Below are positions 35,175 to 35,700 of a stretch of DNA of 35,700 bases, in pieces (position 1 is the first letter of the stretch; every line of letters starts with the position of its first letter). Source of the stretch: a virus. The notes under the pieces are model-generated. The model did not search any database. It was not told the DNA's origin and saw only the letters and a program-made list of their open reading frames with translations. Where the stretch lies: the IMG/VR virus record IMGVR_UViG_3300048800_000035, positions 1 to 35,700 of that record, one strand, 5' to 3'. A program made the translations under genes and the position numbers.

Positions 35175-35700
35175 TGTACCAATTGATTGATGGTATTCCA
35201 GTGTGGGGCCATGCCGAAGAAGGGGCGCTGCGTCAGATAAAAGTGTGTGCGGCGAATCCAAGTGTTTATAAAGCAATGCTTATGGCAGATAATCACCCCG
35301 GATATGGAGTTCCCATTGGGGGTGTGGTTGCTTATCGCGATGCTATCAGTCCAACCGGCGTTGGTTTTGATATCGGCTGTGGAAATCGAGCCTCAAGGCT
35401 TAACCTGCGGGCAGATGCTATCCTGCCTCGCATGAATGAAATTATGGACGAGGTATCCAGCACTCTGTCGTTTGGAATTGGACGCAAGAATAACGAAACC
35501 GTCGATCACGAATTATTTCACGATGATCCAGCTTGGTCTATTAGAATCGTTCACTCGCTAAAACAAAATGCACAGAATCAACTAGGAACCATCGGATCGG
35601 GAAATCACTATATTAACATTTTCTCCGATGAAACCGGAGACGTGTGGGTTGGAGTACACTTTGGTTCTAGGGGATTCGGCCATAAAATCGCAACCCACTA
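35174..35700 (+). CDS. rtcB: RtcB RNA 3'-phosphate/5'-OH ligase, 3'-truncated by the window edge (not in the ORF track)
   Basis: Translated by hand from ATG 35174 (TAATG overlap): MADNHPGYGVPIGGV, VGFDIGCG, QLGTIGSGNHY, VHFGSRGFGH. Confidence 0.95.
   Translation, partial: MYQLIDGIPVWGHAEEGALRQIKVCAANPSVYKAMLMADNHPGYGVPIGGVVAYRDAISPTGVGFDIGCGNRASRLNLRADAILPRMNEIMDEVSSTLSFGIGRKNNETVDHELFHDDPAWSIRIVHSLKQNAQNQLGTIGSGNHYINIFSDETGDVWVGVHFGSRGFGHKIATH

Noticed and set aside
35247-35435. 62-aa ORF
   Set aside because: Out-of-frame within the RtcB gene.
1-35700. Alternative genetic code (stop-codon reassignment)
   Set aside because: Conserved enzymes are full-length under code 11, and TAA, TAG and TGA all terminate genes at tight junctions.

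Overview
This window looks like a gene-dense, almost entirely plus-strand segment of a large bacteriophage or prophage. That is an inference from ATGA/GTGA/TAATG gene overlaps, many short hypothetical ORFs, free-standing HNH/GIY-YIG nucleases, phage-type primase/helicase/AAA genes and a GH25 muramidase. No capsid, tail or integrase gene lies in the window. 1-12.5 kb holds accessory genes: a DUF6745-like protein with a 28-unit tetrapeptide repeat, an inverted GH-A-like hydrolase plus HNH-AP2 cassette, a macrodomain, an ASCH-like protein, a ~650-nt promoter-driven structured non-coding region before a GIY-YIG gene, RNase HI, an Rnl2-type RNA ligase and a GH25 lysozyme. 12.5-18.2 kb covers replication/recombination. 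18.2-35.2 kb contains five glycosyltransferase-like genes and an apparently complete pseudaminic-acid-type (nonulosonic acid) pathway: PseB, PseC, an N-formyltransferase in place of PseH, PseG, a CMP-synthetase and two NeuB-family synthases. These genes are interleaved with unrelated phage genes, and no membrane export machinery is visible. The window ends in a truncated RtcB. All assignments come from motif recognition by eye; no database searches or folding programs were run.
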